This document shows, in pieces, positions 49,420 to 62,900 of a DNA stretch of 64,000 nt. Position 1 is the stretch's first letter. Every line of letters starts with the position of its first letter. The notes beneath the pieces were generated by a model. That model was not told the origin of the DNA and searched no databases. It saw nothing but the letters and a program-made list of their open reading frames with translations. The DNA is from Takakia lepidozioides (taxonomy: Eukaryota > Plantae > Bryophyta): positions 10,788,001-10,852,000 of the forward strand of contig CM060734.1 in the NCBI GenBank assembly GCA_030704615.1, read 5' to 3'. Position numbers and translations under genes: made by a program.

Positions 49420-49506
49420 AAGGTATTGTCTGTTCCCTTTTGTTCCGTCCAAACTGTTCACGGGGTCTATGGCCAGAAGGCTTAGGGCAAATGTCTTATG
49501 GGTACA
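49420..49506 (+). mobile_element. Old 3'-end fragment of the same LINE family
   Basis: TCTGTTCCCTTTTGTTCC…GGGGTCTATGGCCAGAAGGCT…GTCTTATGGGTACA matches 6075-6155. Confidence 0.7.
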
Positions 49507-50724
49507 TTCTTAATGACTGGGAAGTGGATGCAAGACTTTCGTTTCAGGACTTCAGCATTCATAGGTTGATTGTCTGAGTTCAAGTTTAGGACTGTCTGTC
49601 TCGTTCCCTTTTATTCCCTCACCAAACCAGCACAAACCAGTAGCATGAGCAACAGAAGGCATTTGAGAATCTTGTGACTGCTAATGCTTTGCTGGAAAGC
49701 TCCCAGGTAAGGCCCTATGATATGTCATCATCAACTCTTAAATTCCATCTCAATAAACTTTGGGGAGTGCTAGCGAGCTAATTCATCAAAAGCTCCCTTT
49801 ATTCGAGAGGCAAGTTGGGCAGGTGTGCAAGTGAATTCTCTTCCTAACTCCATCCTATTGTCATGAAATGTGTTTCTGACAAGAAACAGTTGCAGGCAGA
49901 GGCACCCTGACATGAACCACCAGAACTAAGTACTGGGAACATGTAGTTCTTTTGTCGGAATATCAACCTTAAGAAAACTGCTGTGTACAAGGCTGTCCTC
50001 TGGCAGTACTGATGAGTAAGGCAAGATACCTGGTGTACACCTGTCTAACTACCCACGGGCTCTCTGTTACTATTGATATGTCATGCCTGCGAACAAATGT
50101 GGCTTGAGCAGCCCCAAGGCCAGAAGAGTTGTAGCAGGGAGCTCTTACTCTTACGCTAATAAAGACAGCGAAGCTTTTTCTTATCACTTGAGCAATGCAA
50201 TATTCAGGATGCTAAGTCCATGTCTCAATGTCCGCTTGTGTTGAGGTCATATAGTTTGGCGATAACCACTGTGATTAGTGCCATTCCTACCTCATTTCCC
50301 TCTATGTGGTTGTTTTAGGATTTTTAAAACAAATACATCTAAGAGATTGCATCAATACTTGGCGATGGTTTCATTGGTCCATTCACTTATACCAGGCTGC
50401 TGACATGTTTCGCATGTTGTCGTTGGGTATGGTTATCTACTTTGGGCCTGTCTTTAGTCTAATTACCAGTACAGGAACTATAGATACTGAAAGGTGGGGT
50501 TTTGGATTGTGGTGACTGACAAGAAGCGTGGTGAGAGTCTGTTCCAGATCACCATGGCTACAGACATCAAAGCCCTGAGACTGGAAGTTAGTGAGCTAAA
50601 CCTTCAAATTGCAAGACTGAGCACTCGATGATGGGAAGATGATGACGGATCAGAAAAGTCAGTCGAGGTGACCAACCAAGCAGGTCCTTCTGTAGTTTCC
50701 ACTCGGCAGGTTCCTCCTCAGCGT

Positions 50725-50912
50725 GAATTGTACATTTTGGGTGGCTTGGCTGATACTTGGCTCCAATCTGTCTAGTAGTGTATTCACCAACAACCAATAA
50801 AGTCAGAGCTGCAGCATCCATGCTGGCCCCCCGTTCCTATGCAGCTTTGAGCCTGCTGGATGGACACATATATCTGTATGGAGGAGGGGATGGGGCATCC
50901 TGGTCTGACATA
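50725..50912 (+). pseudogene. Isolated Kelch-repeat exon fragment
   Basis: YILGG…W…VYSPTTNKVRAAASMLAPRSYAALSLLDGHIYLYGGGDG..W then a GT donor; frameshift near 50775. Confidence 0.75.
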
Positions 50913-52539
50913 GGTATGTTTTCTTGTTGTATCTGTGACTGTCTCTTCCAAACATGTTGTCTTGTAGGTATACATCTCACCATGTTCCCCTTAACTGCTG
51001 AATGGCGTTATGCAACCATTCATGTGCAGGGGACGGCGACTGGACAAAGCAAAATGGAACAACCCAGTATTCTTTCATCTCTCAAGAACAAAATATTTGG
51101 TATTACACCCTCAAGTGTGTGAGAATGTCTAGGTGTATGTGAGAGAGAAGAAAGAACAAAGATATTTCTATCTCTGCGGGAGGTCAAAGACCCATCGGAT
51201 AGAGAATGGAACCATAGAACTACTTTGGCATGGTGACAAAAGGAGAAATGAAATGAAATGAAACGGAGAGAGTCCGGGTCTGTAACAAAGATACAGTGCT
51301 AATCTTGCTTGTATGCAGAGACAGGGAAACTGTCCAAACTCAAAATGGACATAGCACAGCATCACCTCCTCGGCAGCTAGCAGATGCGAACTGCGCTAGT
51401 GATGTCCTCCAGAAAGACTTCCTTCTTAACCCCTCTTTTTATACAGGTCTGCTCGCTCGCGACTACTTCATATAGTACAAGTCTCAGTCAAAGACTACTA
51501 TCTGTCAATGCTTCGCCTTTACAGAGATGCTCATGTAACCTTGGTCATGGTATCGAACTCCATAGCTCTTGATTGTTCCATTGCCTGAGCGATTATTAAA
51601 GAGATGACAATTGAGTCAGATGATGTCAAACTACAGTCTAATACCGCCTAATACCTAATAGAAGTAACTCCAAAATATACTGCATTAACCTGTTCTTCGA
51701 TATCCAGATAATGATCCAGGAGGCGAAGACCAAGTAGAATTTCCAATACAAGCAGCAAACGGAGGGAGGGATCGGGATACTTCTTCCCCTGGGCCAGTGC
51801 CTGTTTCACGGAGACAATGTCCTGCTGCAACTCTCATGGGTCCGGCCCACCCGGCTAACGAAGTTAGCAGACGCCTCAACACCACCTTCCCTTTCACAAC
51901 ACCAACAGATCCCTCCAACAAACGCAAGGGACTAATATTACCAAACTGTCAATACAGGTTCACACATTTTGAATGCTGATTCAAGCTCCTCTTTGGTAGC
52001 TCCTGTTTTACGCCAAGAAGGTGCAGCCATGACCATGAGCCTGAGCATGGCCCTGCCAGCTTCTGTCTTCCCGCCACAAATGCCGGCGGCAACTGCAGGA
52101 GCGCTTCATGAAGCGCTTGGTTTTAGTACTGGTAATGATAGGATGATGAGCATCGCCAACAGCAATCATTTATAGTGTTTTATGCTTCCCATAAGTACCC
52201 TAGTTTCATGCTCTTGCTGTGGCGTGCTTCCAATTGGCCGACCCATTTTCTTCTTTTTGGTAATCTCTAATTTGAGCTTATAGCAACATTCAGAAAAACC
52301 ATTCCAAAAATGAGAGCTCAAGGGGAGAACTCTTTTGAGGGGTTGAGTTCTCTTTGGCTTACTTTGTACTCAGCTGTGTGCTTCTAAATATGAATGCCAA
52401 CATCTTTGGATTTATCTTTTATTTCAATTTGTTTGATAAAAAATGTCTAAATAAATCATATGGATTTATCAAATCAAATCTATCAACAATGTACACATAA
52501 AGCGATTACAGTAATACTTCAGAAGTGCATAGCCAATAT

Positions 52540-52856
52540 AATGCTAGCCACGAGCCACACGAAATTAACATGTCTTCCATTGTCCACAACTACAATATCA
52601 ATTTAGCATGAATGCCATGAACACGTGGGGAACACATTTTCAATGATGTTATCGTGTGAATATGTAAACCCAGATTGCACAAATGTGCCAATAGGAAATT
52701 GTGCGTGATGGACACAATCACAATATACACGCCAATTGCATTATTTTGGTGTAATATGTGTTAAAATCATGATGATATCATGATCGTGTGGTGATAATGC
52801 ATAGCACTATGACACGAATGATCGCGAGGATTTAGCAATGCAGAGAACGGGTAGTG
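52540..52856. mobile_element. Probable CACTA right end
   Basis: Ends …AGAGAACGGGTAGTG (reverse complement CACTACCCG), preceded by degenerate CACG/CGTG repeats. Confidence 0.45.
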
Positions 52857-53221
52857 GGCCCGCTGAGAGACCAGCAAGCCTCGTGATCGCCAATGATCAC
52901 GACAAAGTCTGCCTAAGATTCACAAAGATTTTACATGAACAAATGCCAATTGTGCAAGCGGAGAGCTTGTCAAAGCTGGTCTTTCCCGAACGTCGGCCAT
53001 CCCTATTTGTTGCCCAAACCTCTGATCGTCAACGATCATGTTAACAACAAAGTGTTGCCAATGCAGGTTCAAAAGAAGAAAAGGAAACGAGAAAGGCGGA
53101 GTTCCATGGAAAATATCCCCGTTTCAAAGATGCACTGGTATCACTTTGGAGGAAACAAATCAAGACCAAACCGAAAATATAATTAAGTTCAGGAAGTATG
53201 TCCTCATGTTTGATGTATCAC

Positions 53222-53967
53222 CTGTAAACGACACGGAGAACCGCTGATTCACCCCCAACCTGGTCCTTGAACTCGTTGGACCTATTAATACCCCCCTCCC
53301 TTGAGAACTCTCTAAAAAAGCAGTGTCTCCAGGTGAGCCCCCTCCACTTCCGAATGTATGCTTCCAAGCTCATATTTGGTGTGGTCATCGTGATGTCCAG
53401 GTCCTTGAACGTTTGCTCGAGCACAGTGAGGGTTCTCTTCTCCAGCTGCCAGAATGAATGCTTGTCAGTTCATTTCTATGCCACATTCAACAAACAGGAA
53501 CGACAACAGGTGTGACTGACATATTTTACCTGGCTCCAGAAGGTGGCTTTGTGCAACCAAGTATTGAAGACCTGGTCACTGAACCCCATAGTTTTCGAAC
53601 CAGACTCCTTAGTGCTCCGAGGAGACATGTTAAGGTCTCTCACCGCAACGTCAGCGTTCCAGATTTCCAACCACCTAACCTTCGTTGGCGGATCGACCAT
53701 GGAAATGGACAGCCTGTGTAGTTTCTTTTATGTCATTTCCGGCTTGGTGTGATTGTCATAGTGTACTTTGATTTGAGCCAGGAAGTCATCCCCCAAAGCA
53801 AGGTTAGCAATTCGCAACTGCTTCATGAAGGCTGAAAGAAGATTTTTGCGCTGAAGATCCATTTCCTTTAGTATTGTCTCCTCAACTCCCTTCGCTGTCT
53901 TATCTCCCTCTCGGGTTTTGGCGTAGTACTCTGCCTTCCCCCTTTCACCTGCTTCCCTGATTTCTTG
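53222..53967 (-). pseudogene. Two-exon fragment of a distant homologue of the ParB-MTase cargo gene (central region)
   Basis: Exons 53967-53530 and 53445-53222: IANLALGDDFL…HY…KPEMT*RKLHRL…VD…KVRWLEIWN…SDQVFNTWLHKATFWSQ| …FFRE…RSNEFKDQ…AVLRVVYR| aligns with IADPALGADFL…HY…KPTMTLEKLHCL…VD…K|TRWIQIWN…SDPTFDMWMNRMTWWFQ| …FFRE…RSHEFTDQ…AAMRLLYR|. Confidence 0.8.
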
Positions 53968-54469
53968 CTGTACATCAAAAAACACTGGTCATTATTTGTA
54001 AAAGCACAGTGTTTTGAGAAGCGCAAACCCCATGGGATTTACTCTGGACTTTTGGGAGGAAACGACATCCTACAGGCCGGAATGGCAGTCAGGGGATGGC
54101 CGACGTGCATTGCTCCCAGTGCGGTTTATTGGGAATGTAGCGGTGGATCATATGAACATGATGCCTACATTGGCTGCATTTTCAGGGGTGGTGAGCTCCT
54201 GGAGGGCAATAGCCATGCAGATGATATGCCACCACCTGATGAGGACAAACAATTGGCATACAAGGCTGATTTGCTTCCTCATGTGCCTGTGCATATTCCA
54301 CTGTGGGGTACGGTTGGGAATTTGCATCGAGTAGCAAGCGAGTGTGTGCACCAAGCATGGCAGAAGGCCTTTCCATTGGTGAGTAAGGGGAGTTCAGTGA
54401 CATCACCTGGACCTCCTCAGTTAGCTCATTTGGACACTGTGCCCATTACCTGGCAACCACCTGACTCAA

Positions 54470-55950
54470 GGATTTGTTTGCTAGACCTGTTTTGAGGCAT
54501 GAGCACTGGGCTTGTTGGAGTATTGCAGGCAGGGATCAAAGTACGAAAGTACTTGTATGTGGAGAAGGATGAGATTGCTCGGCATGTCTCCATGCACCAT
54601 ATTTCCTTGCTCACACACCAGTATCCTGAGTTGTTGTCTCTCTAAGCAATTCCTGGCCCTTCAAACTCCCCAAATTCTTCAAACCGAAGGTAAAGTAATT
54701 TCTATAAGCCCTTAGAAATCGCTGGATCCTCCGTCTCTCTCCTCCAGTGACTGTAGGTCCAACATCTGGTTCCCAATTGTCCTCAGTGACTGCAACCTTG
54801 GGTACACTAGGCTTGGAGGTAGGAGACGCATCCTTTGGTTGCTACATAGCAACCTCTTGGGCCTTGTCCGCCCACTCTGACTATGGCATAGCCTCCACTT
54901 GCTCCGCCATAGCCACCTTGAGGACATCCTCTGCGCAAGAAACATCCTCAACCTCTTCAAAAACCTTGGCCACCTTGGCCTCCAACTGATCCTCAGTCCA
55001 TGGCTCTCCCCACCCCTCATATTGCTGTTTGAGAGATCCAATGACTCTATCTTTGCGCATCTCGTCCCACATATGCCAAGGGTGTTTGCACCCCACGATC
55101 ATGTGCTCGCCCCCACTCACTGCCTCAACCGTCTCGGTTGGCAGGGAAAATGCACCATCCAATGGAAATGCCAAAGTAACCACCAATCTCCGTTGCTCAG
55201 CCATGCACAAGTCAATGACCCATGTCAAACAATTTAGATCCATTGCTTGACCCAACACTTGACGGCGTGATATCTCTGACAGAGCTGGCACAGCTGTAGT
55301 GCCCGTGGCAAACCCCATTGCCCGCTCTCGCTTATCCCCATTGGGCTCCACCAATTGCTGGAGCACACTGTCCCAAATCAACCTAGGACCATTGTCTCGA
55401 AAAGCATGAGACAAAGGGAAGCTCATGAGTGTAGGCAAGGCCGCACGTGGCTGCCCCACTCGATTGACCACTGCTAAAGGTGGACGGTCATCATGTCGTA
55501 CCCTTTGTGGTTGCCTCCCTTGGTCCAAAATGCCTTCAACCGTGAGATTAGGTGGCCGTTGAATGGAATCATATGCTCTCTTGAACAACTCTGGTGGTGC
55601 AAGATTGGTCCACCATAATCGAGATCGATGCGCGCGTGATCCCACTACTGCTGCATCCAGTAGCACCGCCGATCCAATCCAAGACTGCACCTGATGCACA
55701 CTGGCCCGAAAATCCCCTATAAGAGGAACATTCTACAATATATAGGCTAAAGGTTGCACTTGCCTCGTCTGCAAGTCACGCAACACTCACAACATCTCCC
55801 AAAACAAATGCGATCGTGCATCATGCAAGCCATTCCTATGATCTGCGGGAGAGTATCCTTGGCAAGGCCATCCGGCTATCACCAAGTTAATGGCACCATG
55901 TCGGTCCAAATCATCCGCCCCCAGAAAGGTAATGTCTACTGGCAAGGCCT
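54470..55950. pseudogene. C5-cytosine DNA methyltransferase domain within Gypsy pol; motif I on plus strand, motifs IV-X on an inverted segment (~54651-55950)
   Basis: Plus: LLDLF*GMSTGL…GIKVRKYLYVEKD (I-II). Minus: LVIAGWPCQG (IV), a frameshifted NVP (VI), DAAVVGSRAHRSRLWWTN (VIII), ERAMGF (IX), RRQVLGQAM (X). Confidence 0.88.
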
Positions 55951-58729
55951 TTTGGTACCCATTCGTATTGATTTGGCAAGTGACACGCCAATCTTTCGAA
56001 GGCCCTACATGTATAGTGACATAGAGAGATCTTTGATCCAGTCATGGACTATGGAGTTGTTCGAAGCTGGATTAGTGGAGTTGTTAGGTGGGGAGTATGC
56101 CTCGACAATAGTGATGCCCGCTAAGAAGGATATCTATGGCAATTGGACAGAAAGAAGGATGTGTGGGGACTATCATCCTGTGAACCGTCAGACTAAGTCC
56201 GATAGATATGCCATGCCAACTCCAGAGGAGATCTTTGATGCCATTGGGCATGCAAATGTGTTTAGCACATTGGACTTACGATCGGGTTATCACCAGTTGC
56301 CAATCAAAGAGGGTGATAAGCAAAAGACGACATTCTGGGGGACTGACCAACATGAGAAGGATTGTTTAGGGTTGAAGAATGCTCCTGCAGAGTTTCAGAG
56401 GGTCATGGATATGATTCTTGAGGGGCTAGACTTTGCCCGGTGCTACATTGATGACATCATCGTCTTTAGTGCTACGATTGAGGAGCATGAGAGACACCTT
56501 CAGGTGGTGTTTGAGCGCTTGAGAGCGCACGGGTTGAAACTGCACCCCGGAAAGTGCAAGTTCTTCCACAACCAGATTGAGTATCTGAGCCACATGATAT
56601 ACCCTGGAGGATTGGGTGTTCAACAGACAAAGGTGGAGGCCATTGCATGTATTCCACGCCCCATGGATGTGAGCAGAGTTCGTGCTTTCATTGACAAACT
56701 ACTATCGACGGTTTGTCAAGGGATTTAGCAGCATTGCAAAGGCTCTTACCAAGTTGACCAAGGTGGGTCAGGAGTGGCAGTGGGAGGAGGAGCAGAATGA
56801 AGCCTTTGGGAACTCAAGGCTGATTGACTTCTGCACCTATTTTGAGGCGGTCTATTCGGGGGCGGCCTTTCCAGCTACATACAGATTGGAGTATGCTGGG
56901 AATTGAAGCAGTGCTCACACAGGTGGATGATGAGGGAAGAGAGTTCGTAGTGGCATATGCTAGCTGCTTGAACAATGATGTCGAGGCAAAGTATAGCTCA
57001 TCTGAATGAGAGTATCTTGCTGCAGTATGGGCAATGACACATTTCAAATGCTACCTCTATGGCAATCTCTTCACCCTTGTTACGGATCACCAACCATTGA
57101 AGTGGTTGATGGAATTAGACTAGCTTACAGGGAAGCTTGCACGGTGGGCAATTGTGCTTCAAGAGTACGACTTCCAGGTGGTGCATCGAGCCGGTATTGT
57201 CAATTGGGATGCGGATGGGTTGAGTCGTAATCCATGCATGAACGAACATGATGATACTGGTACTCGGTGGCATGGTGAGACAGATGAGGAGATGGTGCCA
57301 GGATGACATGCATCTGTTTTTTTGTGCATTTTAGCAATGGGAGCTCAAACTGGTCCATCGCACGCGATTGGTCATGTAGATATTATGCATGACGATCCGG
57401 AGATCAATGAGGAGCTTGGTGGTGCTAAGGATGTGCATGAAGATGCAGTAGTGGTGGCCTTCATTTGTACCGGAGAAACAACAGTCAGTGTGACTACTAA
57501 GGAGAGAGATCGGATCCTACAATGAGCCAAGAGGTTCAAGTGGGAGGGGACTCACCTACTCCGAGTATGGGAGGATGGACGAGTGAGGATTGTGCCTCAT
57601 CCAACACAACGAGTGCGATTGGTACGCCATACCCATCAGGAATTGAGACATTTTGGGGTGCGACGCACTCATAGTTTGCTGTAAGGACAGTACTAGTGGC
57701 GAGGCATGCACACGGATGTGCAGCAGTTAGTGGCAAGGTGCATGGTGTGTGATAGAGTACGGGCTTCTTTCAATGCCCCTACTCCACAATTGCATCCTTC
57801 ACCCATTATGGGTTTGGGCTATCGTTGGAGTCTTGACTTCGCAGGCCCATTGCCACTAACGATTCGCCATAATAAATATATTGTGCTGGTGATGGTGGAA
57901 CACTTCTCCAAGTGGATTGAACTGGTGGCATTGCCTGACAAAACAAGTGAGGGGGTTGCGTATGCATTCTTAGATAGAGTGCTTAGCCAATTTGGTGCTC
58001 CAGCCGAGGTACTCACGGACTAGGGGAGAGAGTTATTGGGGGAGTTTCCGGCTTTGTGTGAGCAAGCCTTGATAGATCACCGCACTACTTCTCGAGATCA
58101 TCCCGAGGCTGATGGCTTGGCGGAGAGAGTTGTTCGGACAGTTAAGAGAGGTTTGCACAAGTATGGCTTACAGAAGGGACACCTAGGATATTGGGACCTT
58201 CAGCTGCCTTGGCTAGCTATGGGCTATAGGTTCAGCAAACAAGCTTCACTTGCCTCATTTTCACCTTACTTTCTTTTCTTTGGCCGAGAGCCAGATTTGC
58301 TTGCATCTATTCGCAGGGAGGCTGTGGTAGTCCTCAACCTTGATTATCCGGATGTGTGGACACAAGCATGTGCCCAGCGGGCAGAGTTGTTCAAGAGAAA
58401 CATGCCTATGGCTTTTGAGAACCTTGCTATTGCCCAACACCGAGATACATTGAGGTACGTCACTATACGTGGAGGGGGATGTCGGCCAAGTGTTCGGCGT
58501 TTCCACCCTGGGGACTATGTGTATCTATAGCAGACAGCGCCTACGACCTTGGATGTCACAGCATGACGTGTGATTATAAGGGTTAGGGAGGTATTGCCTT
58601 CAGGAGTATTGATTCTGGAGGGTCAAGATGGCATGGTATGGAAGGACCATGTGCGCAATTGTGCACCATGTTATCTTCCACATGTGGATGGGAGGATAGA
58701 TCCCAACCTTGCAGTGGTACCTGCAGGTT

Positions 58730-58884
58730 TGCATTGCATGCTGTGTGGGCATGCTGGTGGTGTCGCAACCATGTTGGTGTGTGACAAATGCTCAAGGAGG
58801 TGGCACATGGGATGCTTGACACCGCCACTTGAGGAGGTTCCTATCGGAGAATGGTTGTGTCCACGATGCCTTGGACAGAAGTAG
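58730..58884 (+). other. PHD finger at the C-terminus of the Gypsy integrase
   Basis: CMLC…MLVCDKC…WHMGCLTPPLEEVPIGEWLCPRC fits C4-H-C3. Confidence 0.92.
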
Positions 58885-59750
58885 TGGGCATGACAATGGT
58901 GAGGCTGACAAGTGATCCAAGGTCTAGCTAATGGGGCTTCAATGCCATGGATACTCAACTGAAGATCATGGATTGCAGGAAGACGACTAACAATGGGGCT
59001 ACTTTTGCACCCGCCTCTTGATCCATTGACTTCAGATGTTGGAACTTGTGCGATTGAAGACCAACGATGATCTCATTGGGGAGGATACTTGCGAGCTATC
59101 CGGTGTTAGAGGGACCTAATCACCAGCTAGGGGGGGATTGTGTCATAACTTTCTAGGTGTATATGCTAGGAAGTATGGTTGGACAACGATGTATGTTGTG
59201 GCACGATGCTTAGGTGCACGACAGCTGTCATGGTTTTGTTTGGGATTAGTTAGAAATAGTTATTTCTAGCTAATTAAGACTTTATATGTTTTTATTTTTA
59301 TTTTGTTGGCATTGGGATTTCATTTGGTTTCATGTGGCAAGTGAGGTGGCAACCTCACTTGGGTTGTGGAGAGGTTATCTCCACGTGATGTGCATGAAGG
59401 CTCGTCTTCTTCTAGTCGAGCCTTCCGAGGCCTCTCTCGCCGCCATAGCTCTAGTACTTGAGATGGAGAGTGGGTGAGGTCTGTATGGTGGAGTCCTTTA
59501 GCAAAGGCGCCATTGGCTTGACTTATATAACGTGATAGAGTGGGTTCACCTCTTTCACCATTTCCGTATCATTGTGGCATAGCTTTCTAGGACTATATGC
59601 TAGGAAGTGTGGTTGGACAACAATGTATGTTGTGGCACGATGCTTAGGTGTATGACATGCGCCATACTGGCCATAGTGTAATGGTATAGTAGAAAGGATC
59701 ATCAAAACTCTGAAACAAAGCATTACAACTTTGGGGATCAGAATCCTTTC

Positions 59751-59975
59751 CACTAGAAATATAAAGCGACCGCCAGAATTTGCGGTAGCTTTTTTTTTCT
59801 TATTTTTTATAATTTGTTTGCCACCGCCACCGTGTCGGCAACGTGGCTCCTTAAGTGGCAATGTTTTACCTAGTTGTTTTTTTACTAGAATATTCCCGAA
59901 ACCTGACGTGACGGAGGTCCCGTCAGCGTCAGGTCTGACGTAACCTGACGCTGACTGACGTCACTGACGTTGAAA
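59751..59975 (+). mobile_element. Possible CACTA left end with a dense TGACG/CGTCA cluster
   Basis: CACTAGAAAT at 59751; about nine TGACG/CGTCA motifs in 59903-59970. Confidence 0.4.
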
Positions 59976-62900
59976 ACCGGGGTCCACAGGGCTATGGTGC
60001 TACGACCTCCCGCATGTATGACTCGCAGACAAAGGTCACCATCCCTCAACCTCCAAGCATGATTAAAGAAATAGAGCCTAGGCTCGGAATTGACACTGCG
60101 AGCACGCTGACTGAAGCAGACTAAGATGTCCCCAATGCTCGGTTCATCGGGTATCAGTGTGTGATCCCTACCAGCCATTAAAGGGCTTACTCACAGAAAA
60201 ACACAGACAATCATTGCAACAAGCTCATTCCACCATCACAAAAATGACATGAGCTCTGATACCAAAGAAATGGGCTCCACTATGCATGCACTAAGTATTA
60301 GAATGACCAGAGATACGTGAACCCCACCCACGCCGCAGCGGAAGGAAGACATGGACAAGGCCGGGTTTGCATCGATATTCCACGATCACCTGTGATTGCT
60401 TATGGAGCTAGGCCCCTACATCCACCCCACAAATGCACACTCATGGGCGGTGATGCCCATGATAAGTTGTCAAATACCTATCCGGATGATTCCTTCATAA
60501 TTCAGACCATGGAGGCCACTATGTGATGCCTATCCGGCACTCTCATATCTTCTCGCTCATTATATTGACTCTCCCCTTTTCTGGTGGGCAGTATCATCAC
60601 AATTCCAACATAGCGTCAGGCAGAAAACAGCCTATAGATGCATCATTGGAGCAGAACTATGCCATGTTGTACACTATGGTGCATGAGAAAAGATGATAAG
60701 GATGAGAGCCCAAATGCACTAAACCCCAAGCATGACTCTTTCTTTCTCTAATTCATGAACCCTCAATGCAAAGCCAGTGCTAGCTGCAGGAATGCAGTGA
60801 CCAAGGGAAGAGAACTACATCAAGACCCATTTGACAATGCAGCCTACACCCACTGTCTCCCTAGTTTACCATGCTTCCAATTGACAATGCTAGACTCAAG
60901 CAAGCATTCTGATGATGCTGATGCAATCCTAAAGTCTAAGGCAATGAGTCAAAGGGCATCCACTCCAATTATCTCCAACCAGAGTTCACCACATTCGTGC
61001 CTAAAGTTCTGCATATCTCTTCTCTCCCCCTCATCTCACCATCTTCTCAACCCCTTCATCTCTGTTACCTCACTCTACTTAGCGCACTCTACCATCCGCA
61101 AAAAAAGACTCGTACCAGCTGAATGCCTGGTCTAAATCCTATCCGCCAAAGGCCCAACGAATTACTCCTACTGCAGACTTGGTCGGCCTGCACGCTTGCA
61201 AATTATGCATCTCTGCCGCCCTACAGCCCATTACCATCCTTTCTACTTTAAACATAGCCGCAAAGAGTCGACACATAACTACACGCTGAAATGCTAAGCA
61301 CACACAGCTATGAAGCTCAGACACAGGAGTTACTCTTGTCAGCTGCTCAAGATTCCAACCCCCACCACACTGCCTCCAGCCCGCCGCCCATGCTCATCCC
61401 CGCAGATCTAGGGTAACAAGGGATAAATGAATAGTAATCCCATATCATCCATCCAGGTCAACTTCATCCAAAATTTCCAAATGGCAAATCAAACACTAGG
61501 GCAGTAGGCAATGTGGATTCGAACCCCAAACCAATTGATGCTGCCACTCAACATGGAAGAGATGGATGGATGAGGAATCCTCTTACACTCCACCCATGCC
61601 AACACATCCGTCCACAAACCCTAATCTTTGAGTTTACCATTCAAAATGCCAGACACAAGAATCGATCTCTGGACTTGCATGTACCCGCCTGCCATGTGCA
61701 CGGATGAACGGAGGCACTCATGTCATGCAAACCCACGTGACAAGATCATCAACTCAAAATGCCAGAGAGCCTCGTTTGCTCCCTGGACTTATAATCGTGA
61801 GCACCATGGCCACCTTTCATGCTAGATACAGACAGCCTGCAAAACACCTGCACACAAATGTACCAATCCCACATACTGAAAGCAAAAACTTTGTGTACCA
61901 AGAATTCACACTACAACTCACTCTGAGACAACACTTCATAGTCTAAGGAATTGCAAAAAAGACGTAATCTCTCGGTCTTTCAAAGATGATGAGAGTATCC
62001 TACAATACTTAGAGAAGATTCTGGATTTGACCGAGGTGCCAGTAGCTAGTAAGGCTGCGACATCCTCACAAAAATTATTAAAATTATTGAAATCAACTTT
62101 CAAATTTCAAACATAATAATAATAATAATAATAACAACAACAACAATAAAATGTTTATTTTCTTAAAGTTTCACAAAAAATTATGGAAACGATTGAAATC
62201 AACTTTCAAATCTTTATGGTTATTCTATTAGCACTTGTATTAAACAACATCATTTACATCTAAACCGTCATTAACCCTTAAGGGCCTAGGACCCGTGTCG
62301 GGTATTGAAACAAAAAGAGAGAGAGAGAGAGATGACTCCGGCAAAAAGCCGGCGTAACTAAGAGCCACTTCACCTTGCGGCTACTGCCCCCTATCGGGGT
62401 GGGCCCTATAGGAAACAAAAAAACACCAAAAAAAAAAAAGGTGGGGGGGGGGAGTGAATGAGCAGCTGTTGCTGAGGCTGCTGCTCAGTCAACCCCCCCC
62501 CCCCCCCCCTCTTTTTTTTTTTTCTTTGTTGCCCCCTATCTCCCTCTCTCTCCCTCTGGACACTGGGCTTATGGAATTGTTGTCCCGACTTCCATCCTTG
62601 AGGAAATTGAAAAAAATTGCAAAATTGGGTTGCAGGGAATTTTAGATGTTCTTTATCCATTTTTTATTTATTTTTAACTATATTTTTAGTGAAATATTTC
62701 TTCACTAAAAAAATTGTGAAATTCCCGTCAGTTTCTACTTTTTCAATCCAACCTGGATGAAAAAAAGACCAGGACCTAAATACAGGGCAAAACAGTTTAT
62801 TTTAATATAAAAAATCCCCCATGTTTTTCATCTAACCTAGATGAAATACAGACTACATCCGTTGAAGTGCAAGGCAGGATGAAAGCACGATGTCTTTCAT

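Larger units (their letters stand above)
54010..59700 (+). mobile_element. Decayed Ty3/Gypsy: protease end, C5-DNA methyltransferase, RT, RNase H, integrase, PHD finger, PPT and LTR remnant
   Basis: RT RMCGDY…LDLRSGYHQL…NAPAEFQR…YIDD (55960-56700); RNase H LHTDWS…VVAYAS…TDHQPL; integrase WSLDFAGP…VLTD…ADGLAER; PPT AGCTAGGGGGGA at ~59126-59137 then TGTGTCA. Many stops and frameshifts. Confidence 0.9.

Noticed and set aside
60250-60265. tRNA-Met PBS marking another LTR element
   Set aside because: TGGTATCAGAGC is present on the minus strand, but no convincing adjacent LTR end or gag was recognised.
62271-62300. piggyBac-like end (TTAACCCTT)
   Set aside because: No matching opposite end or transposase seen in the window.
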